DNA from: Acidimicrobiales bacterium
Lineage (GTDB): Bacteria > Actinomycetota > Acidimicrobiia > Acidimicrobiales > Bog-793
Reading direction: 5' to 3'
NCBI GenBank assembly: GCA_050010115.1
Contig: JBEKLQ010000010.1
Coordinates: 60-64,059 of the forward strand
DNA length: 64,000 bases
Below the pieces are notes generated by a model. The model did not search any database. It was not told where the DNA came from and was given only the letters and a program-made list of their open reading frames with translations. The translations under genes and the position numbers were made by a program. Shown here one piece after another: positions 1 through 9,418 of the stretch (the stretch's first letter is position 1; every line of letters begins with the position of its first letter).

Positions 1-1549
1 CCGTGTACTGGCCGACCTTCAGGTACGAGTAGGCGCCCTCGATGTGCGGGTCGCCCGATGACCAGGCGTAGAAGGCCTTCCCTGCGTACGCGGACGTCAC
101 ACCCGGCCAGAACTGCTCGTAGCACGCCAAGTAGTCCCTCACCATCGCCTCCGGTGCCGGCCCGTAGTACGAGGACAGCTGGTACCGCCGGCCGATGTCA
201 GCCCCGCCTGCGCCGCCGGGCAGCGCGATCAGGATCCCGTAGGGACCGGGCTGATCGATGGTCGTCTCCCACGAACCTTGCACGATCTCGTCGTTGTAGG
301 TGTTGCCGGTCCAGTGCTCTGCGTTCCAGACCCGGCGGGAGAACTGCATCTGGATCTTCGAGTTCGAGCCGAGCGGCTCCTCCTGGATCGCCCGCAGCTG
401 CGGCGCCGGCAGGTCGATGCGCGAGAGCTCGACATCGCGGAGTTTCGTGAACGGCAAGGCCAGCACGACTTGGTCGGCGACGATCTCGCGAGTGCCCGAG
501 GCAGTGGTGAAGGTGCAGGCGTACCGCCCGTTGCCCCGGCTGGCGAGGGCAACGAGCTGGTGGCCGAGCTTCACGGTGCCGGCGGGTAGCCGCTCGACGA
601 GCCCGGCGATCAACTGGTCATTGCCGCCACGGATGTGCCACTTCTCGTCCGTGCCGGACAGCTGCGGCTGGCTCTTCGGCTGGCGATCGCTGGGGACGCT
701 GTCGTACGTACCGAGGAGGTACACGAGGTTGAGGGCGGACTGACCCTCCACCGGACCGCCGTACTCGTCGAGCAGGATCGCGACGCAGAGCCGGCCGAAG
801 TCGGACTCGAGCCCCCCGGGCACGAACGCATCGATCCAATCGGTCGCGGGCATGGTGTCCCACTGCTTCGCCCGGGCCGTGCTCCGGTTGTACAGCGTCG
901 GCCAGGGCGCCTGGCGCAAGGCGGCGTCGGCGAACAACTCGTAGGCCCACTCGTGCCACTCACGATTGAGCACCGCCTGCGACCAACCGCGGCCACCGAA
1001 ACGGAACTGGTACTCGCTCCCATGGGTACCCACGGGGTACCGGTTGACGTTGTCGAGCGTCAGCCCGAACGCCGCGGCCAGTCCCCTCGTCTCGACGTGC
1101 TCAGTGGAAATGAACTCGGCATGCTCCTCCACGTACTGGCCCTGGTCGAAGTAGTCCCTCAGCGTGTACAGCCGACCGCCCGGCCGGTCCGCGTTGTACT
1201 CGTAGACTTCGCTGGCGATGCCGTGCTCCTGCCAGAGCCGGTAGGCGCAGCTGAGCCCTGCGATCCCCGAGCCGATGACGACGACGCGCTCGCTCACCCG
1301 GGGCTTGGGACTCGCCGGTTTGGCCGGTCGGGTGAGCCACCCGGGACTGAGTGCCCCAGCCCCGAGCGCCAGCCCACCCCCCAAGAAACCCCGCCGAGTC
1401 ACCCCAACCGCCACCCCCACCTCGGGACGGCCGTCTGCCACGACCGTGCCAGAGGCCTCGTCGATGCTGCAACCGGTGCGGCGAGCGTACGAACTGGCGG
1501 CGCCGGCCGTCGCGAACGCCCGAGCAGCAGGTGACCTGTGGTGTCTCAT
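1..1549 (-). CDS. FAD-dependent amine oxidase family protein with twin-arginine signal; C-terminus lies beyond the left window edge (partial)
   Basis: Own minus-strand translation from ATG at 1549 (not in ORF track because there is no stop inside the window). It reads MRHHRS...TRRGFLGGGLALGAG (Tat-like RR motif), then VVVIGSGIAGLSCAY (GxGxxG dinucleotide fold), then HIRGGNDQL and ...AWSSGDPHIEGAYSYLKVGQYT. The frame is open to position 2. Confidence 0.7.
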   Translation of the reverse strand, partial: MRHHRSPAARAFATAGAASSYARRTGCSIDEASGTVVADGRPEVGVAVGVTRRGFLGGGLALGAGALSPGWLTRPAKPASPKPRVSERVVVIGSGIAGLSCAYRLWQEHGIASEVYEYNADRPGGRLYTLRDYFDQGQYVEEHAEFISTEHVETRGLAAAFGLTLDNVNRYPVGTHGSEYQFRFGGRGWSQAVLNREWHEWAYELFADAALRQAPWPTLYNRSTARAKQWDTMPATDWIDAFVPGGLESDFGRLCVAILLDEYGGPVEGQSALNLVYLLGTYDSVPSDRQPKSQPQLSGTDEKWHIRGGNDQLIAGLVERLPAGTVKLGHQLVALASRGNGRYACTFTTASGTREIVADQVVLALPFTKLRDVELSRIDLPAPQLRAIQEEPLGSNSKIQMQFSRRVWNAEHWTGNTYNDEIVQGSWETTIDQPGPYGILIALPGGAGGADIGRRYQLSSYYGPAPEAMVRDYLACYEQFWPGVTSAYAGKAFYAWSSGDPHIEGAYSYLKVGQYT

Positions 1550-3700
1550 GGCGGATCCCCCGTCCGCAAATTACAGTCCCTACCGGTGACCCGGCAGCGA
1601 GCCCATTCGAAAGCGCCGCGATCGGTCGCGCCGGTAGCCTTCCTGCTCGCCGCAACGCTCGGTGCCGTGACCGTCCTCACGACGACCGCTGCGACCGCCA
1701 CGGCCGCTGCGACCGCTGCGACCGCTGCGACCGCCACGGCCGCCACGGCAACGATGCAAGCGGTCGCCCAGCAGCAGCGCGCCGATCCCACCGCCCTACG
1801 AGTCGGCTCGCAGACCCTGCAGCGATGCGCCACCTCACCTGCCGCTTACTGCGGCAGGCTGCAAGTCCCCCTGAATTGGGCCTCGCCCGGCGGCCCGGAC
1901 ATCTCCGTGTGCTTCCGGTGGTACCCGGCGACCGAGAGCGGGACACCGGCGGGGACGGTGCTCCCCGTCGAGGGCGGGCCCGGTTATCCATCGATCTTGT
2001 CGGTCGCGCCCGACGGCTACCGCGCCATGTACGGCGGCATCTTGCAGCACTACAACATGCTGGCGATCGACCTCCGGGGAACCGGGTGCTCAACCGTGCT
2101 CAGTTGCCCGAAGCTGCAGGAGTACACGGGCCCGTCCGGCACGCCGGCGTTCGCAGCCGTGGTCGGGACATGCGCCGACGCGTTGAATCACCGCTGGAAG
2201 GCGCCAGGCGGCAGCTACGTACACGCCTCCGATCTCTTCACGTCCGCGGCCGCCGTCCAGGACGTCGCCGCCGTGGTCAACGCGCTGGAGGTCAATCAGG
2301 TCGATCTGTACGGCGATTCCTACGGCTCGTGGTTCGCTCAGGTTCTCGTTGCCCGTTTCCCGTCCCTCGTACGCAGCGTCATACTCGACTCCACCTATCC
2401 GGTGCTCGCGCTCGACCCGTGGTACCGCATCACGATTGCCACGATGCCCCCCGACTTCGACACAGCGTGCTCGAGGAGCACAGCGTGTGCCGCCGTGGGT
2501 GGCTCCGCCTGGGATCGGATCGGGCAGCTGGCCGCCCGGCTCCGGTCAGCGCCGGTGTCCGGCGAGGTCCCGGGCCCGGGCGGCTCCCGCCAGCGGGTCA
2601 CCATGGGCATCGAGGGGCTGGTCAACCTCGTCAGCGACGCCGCTGAGGATCCGTACATCTACCGGGAGATTGACGCCGCCGGCCGCTCCCTGCTCGACGA
2701 CGACCAGGCAGCTCCGCTGCTCCGGCTCTATGCCCAGCGGCTCGCCTTTGACGAGGCGTACTTCGGTGTCCCGGTCGAGGAGTACTCCGTCGAGCTGTAC
2801 ATGGCGGTGTCCTGCCTGGACTACCCGCAGCTGTACCCGTTGTCCGCTCCCGACTCGGTCCGGGCCAAGGACCTCGCGGCTGCTGAGGCCACGCTCCCGC
2901 CGAGCACGTTTGCTCCGTTCACGACGGCTGAATGGCTGGCGATGGATCAGAACACGGAGAACTACACCGCCTGCCTGGACTGGCCCAAGCCGACCATCGC
3001 CGAGCCCCCGGTCACCACCTCAGAACCGCTGTTCCCGGCGAGCCTCCCGGTGCTGATCCTCGGCGGCGAGCTCGACACGTGGACCCCGCCGGCGGGCGTG
3101 GGTGAGGTGGAGGCGGAGATCGGCGGGGACACGCGCTTCGTGCAGCTGGCCAACGAGACGCACGTCGTCGGCGAGGCCGACCCCTACGGGTGTGCCACCT
3201 CCATCATCCAGGCGTTCGTGGCCGATCCCGCCGCCATCCAGAGCATGGACACGTCGTGCGCTGCCGCAGTCCCGAGCATCCGGGCGGTCGGCTCGTACCC
3301 GGACCAGTTGAGTGCCGTCCCGCCGCTCACGGTGACGTCCGGCGACACCACCGCCGCAACGCTCCAGCTCGCTGCGGCAGCCGTGCAGACCGCGGGCGAT
3401 GCCGTCGCTCGTTACGAGTCGATCGGCTTGACGCGCGACTCGGGCTTGTACGGCGGCAAGGTCACGGCAATACGTCGGACTTTGACACTGACCGGTGACG
3501 AGCTGGTGCCCGGAGTCGGCGTCGCCGGGACCGTGACGGTCAAGGGCACGACCGTCACGGCCAAGTTGCAGGTGTCGACCTCAGGTGTTTCGACGGCATA
3601 TGTGAAGGGTTCGTGGGCGCTGTACGGGGGTTCGGCGACGGCTGCGGTCACCGTGGCGAGCGGGAGCACGACGGCCTCGGGGACCATGCCGGCTCCCTGA
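1538..3700 (+). CDS. secreted alpha/beta hydrolase (TAP-like tripeptidyl aminopeptidase family)
   Basis: 720-aa ORF with a hydrophobic signal-like N-terminus and the nucleophile elbow LYGDSYGSWF (G-x-S-x-G). An Ala/Thr repeat is encoded by 9-bp repeats at about 1690-1750. The true start is uncertain (in-frame GTG at 1586) because 1538 overlaps the divergent oxidase start. Confidence 0.7.
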   Translation: MVSHGGSPVRKLQSLPVTRQRAHSKAPRSVAPVAFLLAATLGAVTVLTTTAATATAAATAATAATATAATATMQAVAQQQRADPTALRVGSQTLQRCATSPAAYCGRLQVPLNWASPGGPDISVCFRWYPATESGTPAGTVLPVEGGPGYPSILSVAPDGYRAMYGGILQHYNMLAIDLRGTGCSTVLSCPKLQEYTGPSGTPAFAAVVGTCADALNHRWKAPGGSYVHASDLFTSAAAVQDVAAVVNALEVNQVDLYGDSYGSWFAQVLVARFPSLVRSVILDSTYPVLALDPWYRITIATMPPDFDTACSRSTACAAVGGSAWDRIGQLAARLRSAPVSGEVPGPGGSRQRVTMGIEGLVNLVSDAAEDPYIYREIDAAGRSLLDDDQAAPLLRLYAQRLAFDEAYFGVPVEEYSVELYMAVSCLDYPQLYPLSAPDSVRAKDLAAAEATLPPSTFAPFTTAEWLAMDQNTENYTACLDWPKPTIAEPPVTTSEPLFPASLPVLILGGELDTWTPPAGVGEVEAEIGGDTRFVQLANETHVVGEADPYGCATSIIQAFVADPAAIQSMDTSCAAAVPSIRAVGSYPDQLSAVPPLTVTSGDTTAATLQLAAAAVQTAGDAVARYESIGLTRDSGLYGGKVTAIRRTLTLTGDELVPGVGVAGTVTVKGTTVTAKLQVSTSGVSTAYVKGSWALYGGSATAAVTVASGSTTASGTMPAP

Positions 3701-3701
3701 G

Positions 3702-3715
3702 CCGGAATATTCCGG
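3702..3715. terminator. perfect 14-bp palindrome ccggaatattccgg between convergent genes (candidate bidirectional terminator)
   Basis: Read directly. It lies between the hydrolase stop (3700) and the response-regulator stop (3726). No U-tract. Confidence 0.35.
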
Positions 3716-3725
3716 ACCGCGCCGT

Positions 3726-4712
3726 TCAGCTCGACAACAACCAGTCGGGGCCGCTCCGGCCGTCGGTGACGGTGCTGACCCGCGAGCTGATTGAGACCAT
3801 CGGTGCGCCGGAGGCCCACACGAGGATCGGCTGGGCAACCGATCGCTGGGCAACCAGCCGTTGGGCAACCAATCGCCGGGCGAGCAAGTAGCTGATAGCG
3901 GGGTGCGACGCCCGCGCGAGGAGGTACCGCTGGTGACGATCGGCCTCCTCACGCGGGTTCGCCTCCGACAGGCCCTCGCAGCCGGACTCGGGAACCAAGG
4001 GTCCTTCGGGCAGCGCAGAGAAGCGAGTCCGGCGTGCATCCTCGGTGTCCTCGCGCCAGGGATGCAGAGCATCCTCGGCCACCTCGAAGCCCAGCCATGC
4101 GCGAGCGGCCTCCCTCGCTGTCGCTCGCGCTTCGGACCCGCTCTCTGCGACATTTCGCGGCCCGGAGGCCTCGCCTGAGGGCGAGACCTCCGGAGCCGGT
4201 TCCGCCGGTGTTGCCTCAAGGGCCCCCCGAGCCGGCGGAGTAACTGGCACTCGGTTGCGCACGCCTCGTGATCGTGAGACGAGGTCCCGGATGCGGGTGA
4301 CGAGGGTGGAGGAGTGGAGGGGTTTCTCGAAGAAGTCGTCGGCACCGATGGTCCGCACTTCCTCCTCGGTGCCCGTCTCGGCGAACGACGTCATGACGGC
4401 GATGCCGATGTCCGGCTGAGAACGCCGGGTGGCCCGTGCGAGCTCCATGCCGCTCTGGCCAGGAAGCCGGTAGTCCGCCAGCAGTACGTCGAAGCATTCG
4501 GACCCGAGCCGCTCGGTCGCCTGCTCGGCGTCCATCACCCACGCAGCGTCAAAACCATTGCGTGACAGCACCCGGGTGACGAAGAGGGCCGTGGACTCGT
4601 CGTCTTCGACGACGAGCACACGCCCAGCTCCTGCTTCCCTCGCGGCCATCGACTCCATGATGGGCGGTGCAGGTGAGAACCCGGGTCTCGTTCGGTTGCA
4701 ATCCGGTAGCAA
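3726..4712 (-). CDS. response regulator receiver protein with about 180-aa low-complexity C-terminal tail (no recognisable output domain)
   Basis: Receiver motifs RVLVVEDDES...VLLADYRLPGQSGMEL...AVMTSF...FFEKP. The tail keeps high third-position GC in this frame, so it is probably translated. The start is more likely M at 4658 or 4649. Confidence 0.65.
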   Translation of the reverse strand: MLPDCNRTRPGFSPAPPIMESMAAREAGAGRVLVVEDDESTALFVTRVLSRNGFDAAWVMDAEQATERLGSECFDVLLADYRLPGQSGMELARATRRSQPDIGIAVMTSFAETGTEEEVRTIGADDFFEKPLHSSTLVTRIRDLVSRSRGVRNRVPVTPPARGALEATPAEPAPEVSPSGEASGPRNVAESGSEARATAREAARAWLGFEVAEDALHPWREDTEDARRTRFSALPEGPLVPESGCEGLSEANPREEADRHQRYLLARASHPAISYLLARRLVAQRLVAQRSVAQPILVWASGAPMVSISSRVSTVTDGRSGPDWLLSS

Positions 4713-4715
4713 ACC

Positions 4716-5492
4716 TCAGGCCCGGAACCGGTACCCGAAACCCCTCACGGTCTCCACCGGCCCGTCCCCCGATCCGGACCATCCCAGTTTGCGGCGGAGC
4801 CTGAGGACCGTGAACTTCACGCGGTCCGGCCCGGTCGCGGTCGGATCGCGCCAGGCGAGCTGCAGGATCTGCTCGGTGGAGAGCACGGCGCCGCGGTGGC
4901 GCAACAGCACCTCGAGCAGCCGGAACTCTGCCGGTGTGAGATCGACCTGGCGCCCGTTCGCCTGGACCCGGTGGGCGGCGATGTCGATCATCACTCCACC
5001 TTCATCGAACTTGAGGCCCGCCGCCGTCGTCGTCGCCGCCGTCGTCGCCGTCGGGCTGGCGCCGGCGGAGGCGCCGCCGCCGCGCCGCCGCAGGACCGCT
5101 TCCACGCGAGCGAGCAACTCCTGGTTCCCGAACGGCTTGGTGAGGTAGTCGTCGGCGCCGCCTCGCAGCCCTCGGACCTTGTCGCCCTCGGCGTCGCGGG
5201 CGCTCAGCATCAGGACCGGAGCTTCACTCAGCTCGCGGATGCGGTCGAGCAGCGTCCAGCCGTCCAGCGAGGGCAGCCCGATGTCGAGGATCACGACTTG
5301 GGGGGAAACGGCGTGAAACCGGCGCAACCCCTCGAGGCCGTCGGCCGTGACGATCACCTCGTACCCCGCCCGCCCGAGCAAGGTCGACAGTGCCAAGCCG
5401 ATGTCCTCGTCGTCCTCGATGACGAGGATCGTGCCTCCGCTGGGCACCGGCCCAGTGGGGTTCCCGGCGCGCGCTCCGGTGTCGTCACTCAT
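4716..5492 (-). CDS. OmpR/PhoB-family DNA-binding response regulator
   Basis: The listed 446-aa ORF was trimmed to MSDDTGARAG... (ATG 5492). Receiver motifs: ILVIEDDEDIG, ILDIGLPSLDG, DDYLTKPF. Winged-helix motifs: LTPAEFRLLEVLL...VRGFGYRF. The start overlaps the kinase stop by 8 nt (ATGAGTGA). Confidence 0.85.
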   Translation of the reverse strand: MSDDTGARAGNPTGPVPSGGTILVIEDDEDIGLALSTLLGRAGYEVIVTADGLEGLRRFHAVSPQVVILDIGLPSLDGWTLLDRIRELSEAPVLMLSARDAEGDKVRGLRGGADDYLTKPFGNQELLARVEAVLRRRGGGASAGASPTATTAATTTAAGLKFDEGGVMIDIAAHRVQANGRQVDLTPAEFRLLEVLLRHRGAVLSTEQILQLAWRDPTATGPDRVKFTVLRLRRKLGWSGSGDGPVETVRGFGYRFRA

Positions 5493-7551
5493 CAGCGGAC
5501 TGCTCCTCGCCGGCGGCTGGGCGCGTGCCGAACGGCAGTGCCACGAGCGCGACGGTGCCTCCGGTGTCCGTGCTGGAGATGGTGATCTCCCCGCCGTGCA
5601 GCTGGGCGATCGCTCGCGCCACCGACAGGCCGAGCCCCGAGCCGGGGATGCGGGCCGCCCGGGCATTCGATGCGCGGTAGAAGCGCTCGAACAGCGACTC
5701 CCGCTCGGCCGCCGGCACACCGATACCCGTGTCGGCGACCGAGACGAACCAGTGGAGGTCGCCCGGCGTGGCTGACACCGTGATGCGCCCTCCCTCGGGC
5801 GTGTACTTGACGGCGTTGGACAAAAGGACGTCGAGCAACTGCGCGAGCCGCTGTGAGTCCCCGGTGAGGGGGAGGCCTTCGCCGAGGTCGGTTTCGATGG
5901 AGATGCGTTTTGGTTCGGCTTGCGGCGCGAATGTGGCGACCGATGCTTCGACGAGGCTCGGGATGTCGATCGGAGCCCAGTCCACCGGCAGCACGCCGGT
6001 CTCGGCCCGGTCGAGCAGCACGAGATCGTCGACCAGGCGCAGCAGGCGGTCGGCATTGCGCGTGATCACGTCGAGAAACTCCACCTGCTCGGAAGGTTCG
6101 TCCTTCCCCAGGCCATCGCGGAGCAGCTCGGTGAAGCTCAAGATCGAGGTGAGCGGTGTCCGCAGCTCGTGGGAGATCTCCGCCAGGAACGACGCCTTCA
6201 CGCGGTCGAGCTCCACGAGCCTGCGGTTCTCCTCCCGCTGTAACGCCAGGAGCTGTGTCGACTCGGCCTCGGTACGGGCTTGGGCGGACACGTCCCGAAA
6301 GAGCCACACGTGACCCCTGTACTCGTGGTCCACGAAGATGGGGATGTAGTCCCGTTCGAGGACCCGACTGTCCGGCATGGCGATGCGGTCTCCGATCACT
6401 CGGCGCCGCTGCCGGAGGATCGCCGTCACCCGGTCGGGGTCCGGCGCACGCGTCGGATCACCAAAGCGCCTCGTCAGCTCCGAGCCCAGCTCCTCCAACG
6501 TTCGCCCCACGAGCTTGGCCGGCGGGCCTATAAGCTCGAACAGGTCCAGGAAGGCGTCATTCGTCAGCACGATTGCCCGGTTCGTGTCTTCCACGATGGC
6601 GGCGATGTGCAAGGAGCCGACAACGGTGCTGAGCCGCTCGTTGGCGTCGAGCAGGCGGATGCGGGCTTCTCGCTGCTCGGTCACGTCCTCGGAGCGGACC
6701 ACGATCCCATGAACGATCGGATCGTCGGTGAGGTTGTCGGCGGTGTTCTGGAGGTACCGCCAGTCGCCGTCCCGGCCGCGGACCCGGAGCTCGAACGTCT
6801 CGCCAGGTGGCAGCTCGCCTGCGATGACCCGGCGCAGCGCCTCGAGAGCAACGGGCCCGTCGTTGGGATGGACGAGGGCGAAGACGCCCGTCGTCGGGTC
6901 GAAGTCCTCCTGGTAGCCGAGCTGTCGCCATGCTGCCGCGTTCGAGTAGCGCCAGGAGCCGTCGGCGTTGAGGACCGTGATGATGCTCGGGGAGCTGTCG
7001 AGCAGCGTGTCGACGAGCCGTTCGCCGGCGTGCATCAACATCGGGCTGGCAAAGGCGGTCGCGTCGGGGTCGTCGGTGTCGGCGTCGCTGACCACGATCC
7101 CGACGTAACCGGCGACGGTGCCGTCGGCCTTGATCTGGGGGAGCACGCGGGCCCGCAACGACACGGGCGTCGCGTCCGAGGTCGGCTCGGCCCCGGGCGG
7201 CGCCGGCACCCGTATGCGGAGGATGACCGCATCGCCGATACCTCGGCCGGCACCGGAAGCGTGTCGGCCACCGCGCAAGTCGTCCACCGGGATGTCGAGC
7301 GCTACGGAGTCACCGCCGCCGTCCTGCAGGTTCAGATCAGTCGCGTCGATGAGCCGCTGGTTGATGTACCAGCAGTGGCCGTCGGCGTCGGCGGCGAACA
7401 TGCCGATCGGGACGAGTGCCGACATTGCCCCGAGGGCGTGGCGGACGAGATCCCGTTCGGCGTCGCCGCCTGCGAGCACCCGCGTCGCCTCCTCCTCAGT
7501 CGGCTTCCTCCGGAGCGTCGGCCGACGCGCCTTTTCCACGGGCGTCACCAA
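5485..7551 (-). CDS. multi-PAS sensor histidine kinase (HisKA + HATPase_c), apparently cytoplasmic
   Basis: H-box FLAEISHELRTPLTSI, N-box LLSNAVKYTPEGG, G-boxes DTGIGV and GSGLGLS. PAS-like segments lie upstream. No obvious transmembrane segment. Confidence 0.85.
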   Translation of the reverse strand: MVTPVEKARRPTLRRKPTEEEATRVLAGGDAERDLVRHALGAMSALVPIGMFAADADGHCWYINQRLIDATDLNLQDGGGDSVALDIPVDDLRGGRHASGAGRGIGDAVILRIRVPAPPGAEPTSDATPVSLRARVLPQIKADGTVAGYVGIVVSDADTDDPDATAFASPMLMHAGERLVDTLLDSSPSIITVLNADGSWRYSNAAAWRQLGYQEDFDPTTGVFALVHPNDGPVALEALRRVIAGELPPGETFELRVRGRDGDWRYLQNTADNLTDDPIVHGIVVRSEDVTEQREARIRLLDANERLSTVVGSLHIAAIVEDTNRAIVLTNDAFLDLFELIGPPAKLVGRTLEELGSELTRRFGDPTRAPDPDRVTAILRQRRRVIGDRIAMPDSRVLERDYIPIFVDHEYRGHVWLFRDVSAQARTEAESTQLLALQREENRRLVELDRVKASFLAEISHELRTPLTSILSFTELLRDGLGKDEPSEQVEFLDVITRNADRLLRLVDDLVLLDRAETGVLPVDWAPIDIPSLVEASVATFAPQAEPKRISIETDLGEGLPLTGDSQRLAQLLDVLLSNAVKYTPEGGRITVSATPGDLHWFVSVADTGIGVPAAERESLFERFYRASNARAARIPGSGLGLSVARAIAQLHGGEITISSTDTGGTVALVALPFGTRPAAGEEQSADE

Positions 7552-7625
7552 GCGGATCGTACCGGGTGGGGAGCCGGGTGAGCTGGGAGGCAGGACTTGA
7601 CTTCACAACGACATCGGACTGACGC

Positions 7626-7663
7626 TTGACAGACTGCAAGTATGATGTCATTATGACGTCATG
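7626..7663 (+). promoter_or_regulatory. candidate leaderless promoter plus tandem palindromic operator for the RHH gene
   Basis: TTGACA (7626-7631), 17 nt, CATTAT (7649-7654), 6 nt, ATG (7661). Two tandem 11-bp units tATGATGTCAT / tATGACGTCAT span 7641-7662. The second contains the perfect palindrome ATGACGTCAT, which overlaps the start codon. Confidence 0.4.
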
Positions 7664-8134
7664 CTGCTGGCACCGATTGTCGAAGGCCTCGAGGAGGACT
7701 TGAAGCGGGCTGCCGCCATCGGGGGCGACGACACCCGTAGGGCGGCTGAGATCCTGGTCGAGTCCCTTGGCGCCGCCGTCCGGCTACGGATCCTGGATGC
7801 GGTGCAGCAGGCCGCCGACGAGTTGACGGCGTCACTGCCCGGTACCTCGGTCGAGGTGCACCTGCAGGGCCGCGACCCCGTCCTGTCGTTGTCGATCTCC
7901 TCGGCGAGCGGTGCCGGAGCGGAATCGGCTGAGCTCGGAGAGCCCGGTGACGAGGAGGTCGCCCGCATCACGCTGCGGCTTCCGGAGGGTCTCAAGGCTC
8001 AGATCGAGCGGGCGGCGTCCCGCGAGGGTGTCTCCGTGAACAGTTGGCTCGTCGACGCGGCCGCGCACGTACTGCGCATGCCGGCGGTGCCGAGGCGCGG
8101 GCCGAAGCGCATGACGGGTTTCGTACGGGGGTGA
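7661..8134 (+). CDS. ribbon-helix-helix (Arc/CopG/HicB-antitoxin-like) DNA-binding protein
   Basis: C-terminal ARITLRLPEGLKAQIERAASREGVSVNSWLVDAAAHVL fits the RHH pattern (beta strand then two helices). The N-terminal 110 aa are helical and uncharacterised. Confidence 0.6.
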   Translation: MLLAPIVEGLEEDLKRAAAIGGDDTRRAAEILVESLGAAVRLRILDAVQQAADELTASLPGTSVEVHLQGRDPVLSLSISSASGAGAESAELGEPGDEEVARITLRLPEGLKAQIERAASREGVSVNSWLVDAAAHVLRMPAVPRRGPKRMTGFVRG

Positions 8135-8280
8135 TGCGGACGTGTGGATGATCACAGGTTCGGCGCCAACGCCGCCGACCGACGGCGGCCCTGACACGCC
8201 CTCGCCGCCACCGGCAGCAGTGATCCGGCACTTGCCATTGACGACATCTTCCAGCCCACATCAGGGAAAGGACATGAACG

Positions 8281-9411
8281 ATGGATTGGACGTTCCCGGT
8301 CAGCGGTCCCATCGCGGCCCGGCTTGATCTCGCGGCAGGCAGCGTCGAAGTAGAGCTCGGTCCGACTGACGAGGCAAAGGTCCGCCTCACGCCGCTCGGA
8401 CCCGACAGTGATCGCGCCCGGGAGCAGATCGAGCACGCAGAGGTCACCTGCGACGGCTCGCGCCTCGAGGTGAGTGTGCCCAAGCGTTGGCCGCGTGAGT
8501 CCCAGCTTCGTCTCAACGTCGTGCTGCCGGCGCGCTCCGCCGTGCGTGTGAAGACTGCGTCGGCCGACATCGCCTGTGCCGGGACGCTCGGAGTCTTCGA
8601 GGTCAAGACGGCGAGCGGCGACGTGTTCATCCAGGACGACTGCGACGACGCCGACATCAGCACGGCGAGCGGCGACATCCGGCTTGCCGGCGTCCTCGGT
8701 CAGGCAGAGATCCGGACCGCCAGTGGCGACGTGTTCACGCACGCGATCGGGGGCCAGTTGTCGATCACGACGGCGAGCGGCGACGTGCGGGCTGCGGCGG
8801 TCGCCCACGATGCGCGGATCCGCAGCGCATCGGGCGATGTCTCGATCGGCACTGCGTTCGAAGGCGATCTGACGGTCAACACCGCCTCCGGTGACGTGAA
8901 GATCGGCGTCGGCAGCGGAGTCGGCACTTGGCTCGATCTCGTCACCGTGTCGGGTACGACGCGCTGCACCTTGCCGACCGAGGGGGACGGCAAGCCTGCT
9001 GCCACCCTGCGGATCTCGTGCCACACGGTGAGTGGCGACATCCTCGTCCGCTCGGGCGACGCGTCCCCGGCTCGAGCCGGTGAAGACGCCGGCACCGGGC
9101 CGGCCGGCGACTCGGCGGGCGACTCGGTCGGGAGCGGCCCGGCGGCGACTCGGCCAGCCGGCGACTCGGCGGGCGGCCCGGTCGGGATCGGCTCGGCGGG
9201 CGGCCCGGTCGGGATCGGCGGTAACGACGACCTCGACGCCGGTGGAGCGAGCTCGTTCGCTAAGTCCGATTCGTGGGGGATGCCCGGCCAGTCGAGCGCG
9301 GTCTCGAGCGCAGCTGAGCTGTTGGGGGGCTTGGGCGCGGTCCTTGGCGACCTCAACCTCGAGCGGCTGGCGTCGTGGCGGGGGCAAGGGCTCCCGTGGC
9401 GGAGGCCGTAG
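8281..9411 (+). CDS. DUF4097 family beta-strand repeat protein (LiaG-like putative adhesin domain) with disordered repeat-rich C-terminus
   Basis: About 7 recurrent (T/S)ASGD(V/I) repeat units typical of DUF4097. The C-terminal PAGDSAG / GGPVGIG repeats are encoded by direct DNA repeats at 9090-9230. Confidence 0.7.
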   Translation: MDWTFPVSGPIAARLDLAAGSVEVELGPTDEAKVRLTPLGPDSDRAREQIEHAEVTCDGSRLEVSVPKRWPRESQLRLNVVLPARSAVRVKTASADIACAGTLGVFEVKTASGDVFIQDDCDDADISTASGDIRLAGVLGQAEIRTASGDVFTHAIGGQLSITTASGDVRAAAVAHDARIRSASGDVSIGTAFEGDLTVNTASGDVKIGVGSGVGTWLDLVTVSGTTRCTLPTEGDGKPAATLRISCHTVSGDILVRSGDASPARAGEDAGTGPAGDSAGDSVGSGPAATRPAGDSAGGPVGIGSAGGPVGIGGNDDLDAGGASSFAKSDSWGMPGQSSAVSSAAELLGGLGAVLGDLNLERLASWRGQGLPWRRP

Positions 9412-9418
9412 GCGCCAC

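Noticed and set aside
4716-6056. 446-aa ORF suggesting a large response regulator.
   Set aside because: The N-terminal 188 aa overlap the kinase C-terminus in another frame and are Pro/Arg/Ser noise. The receiver domain begins right after ATG 5492, which overlaps the kinase stop.
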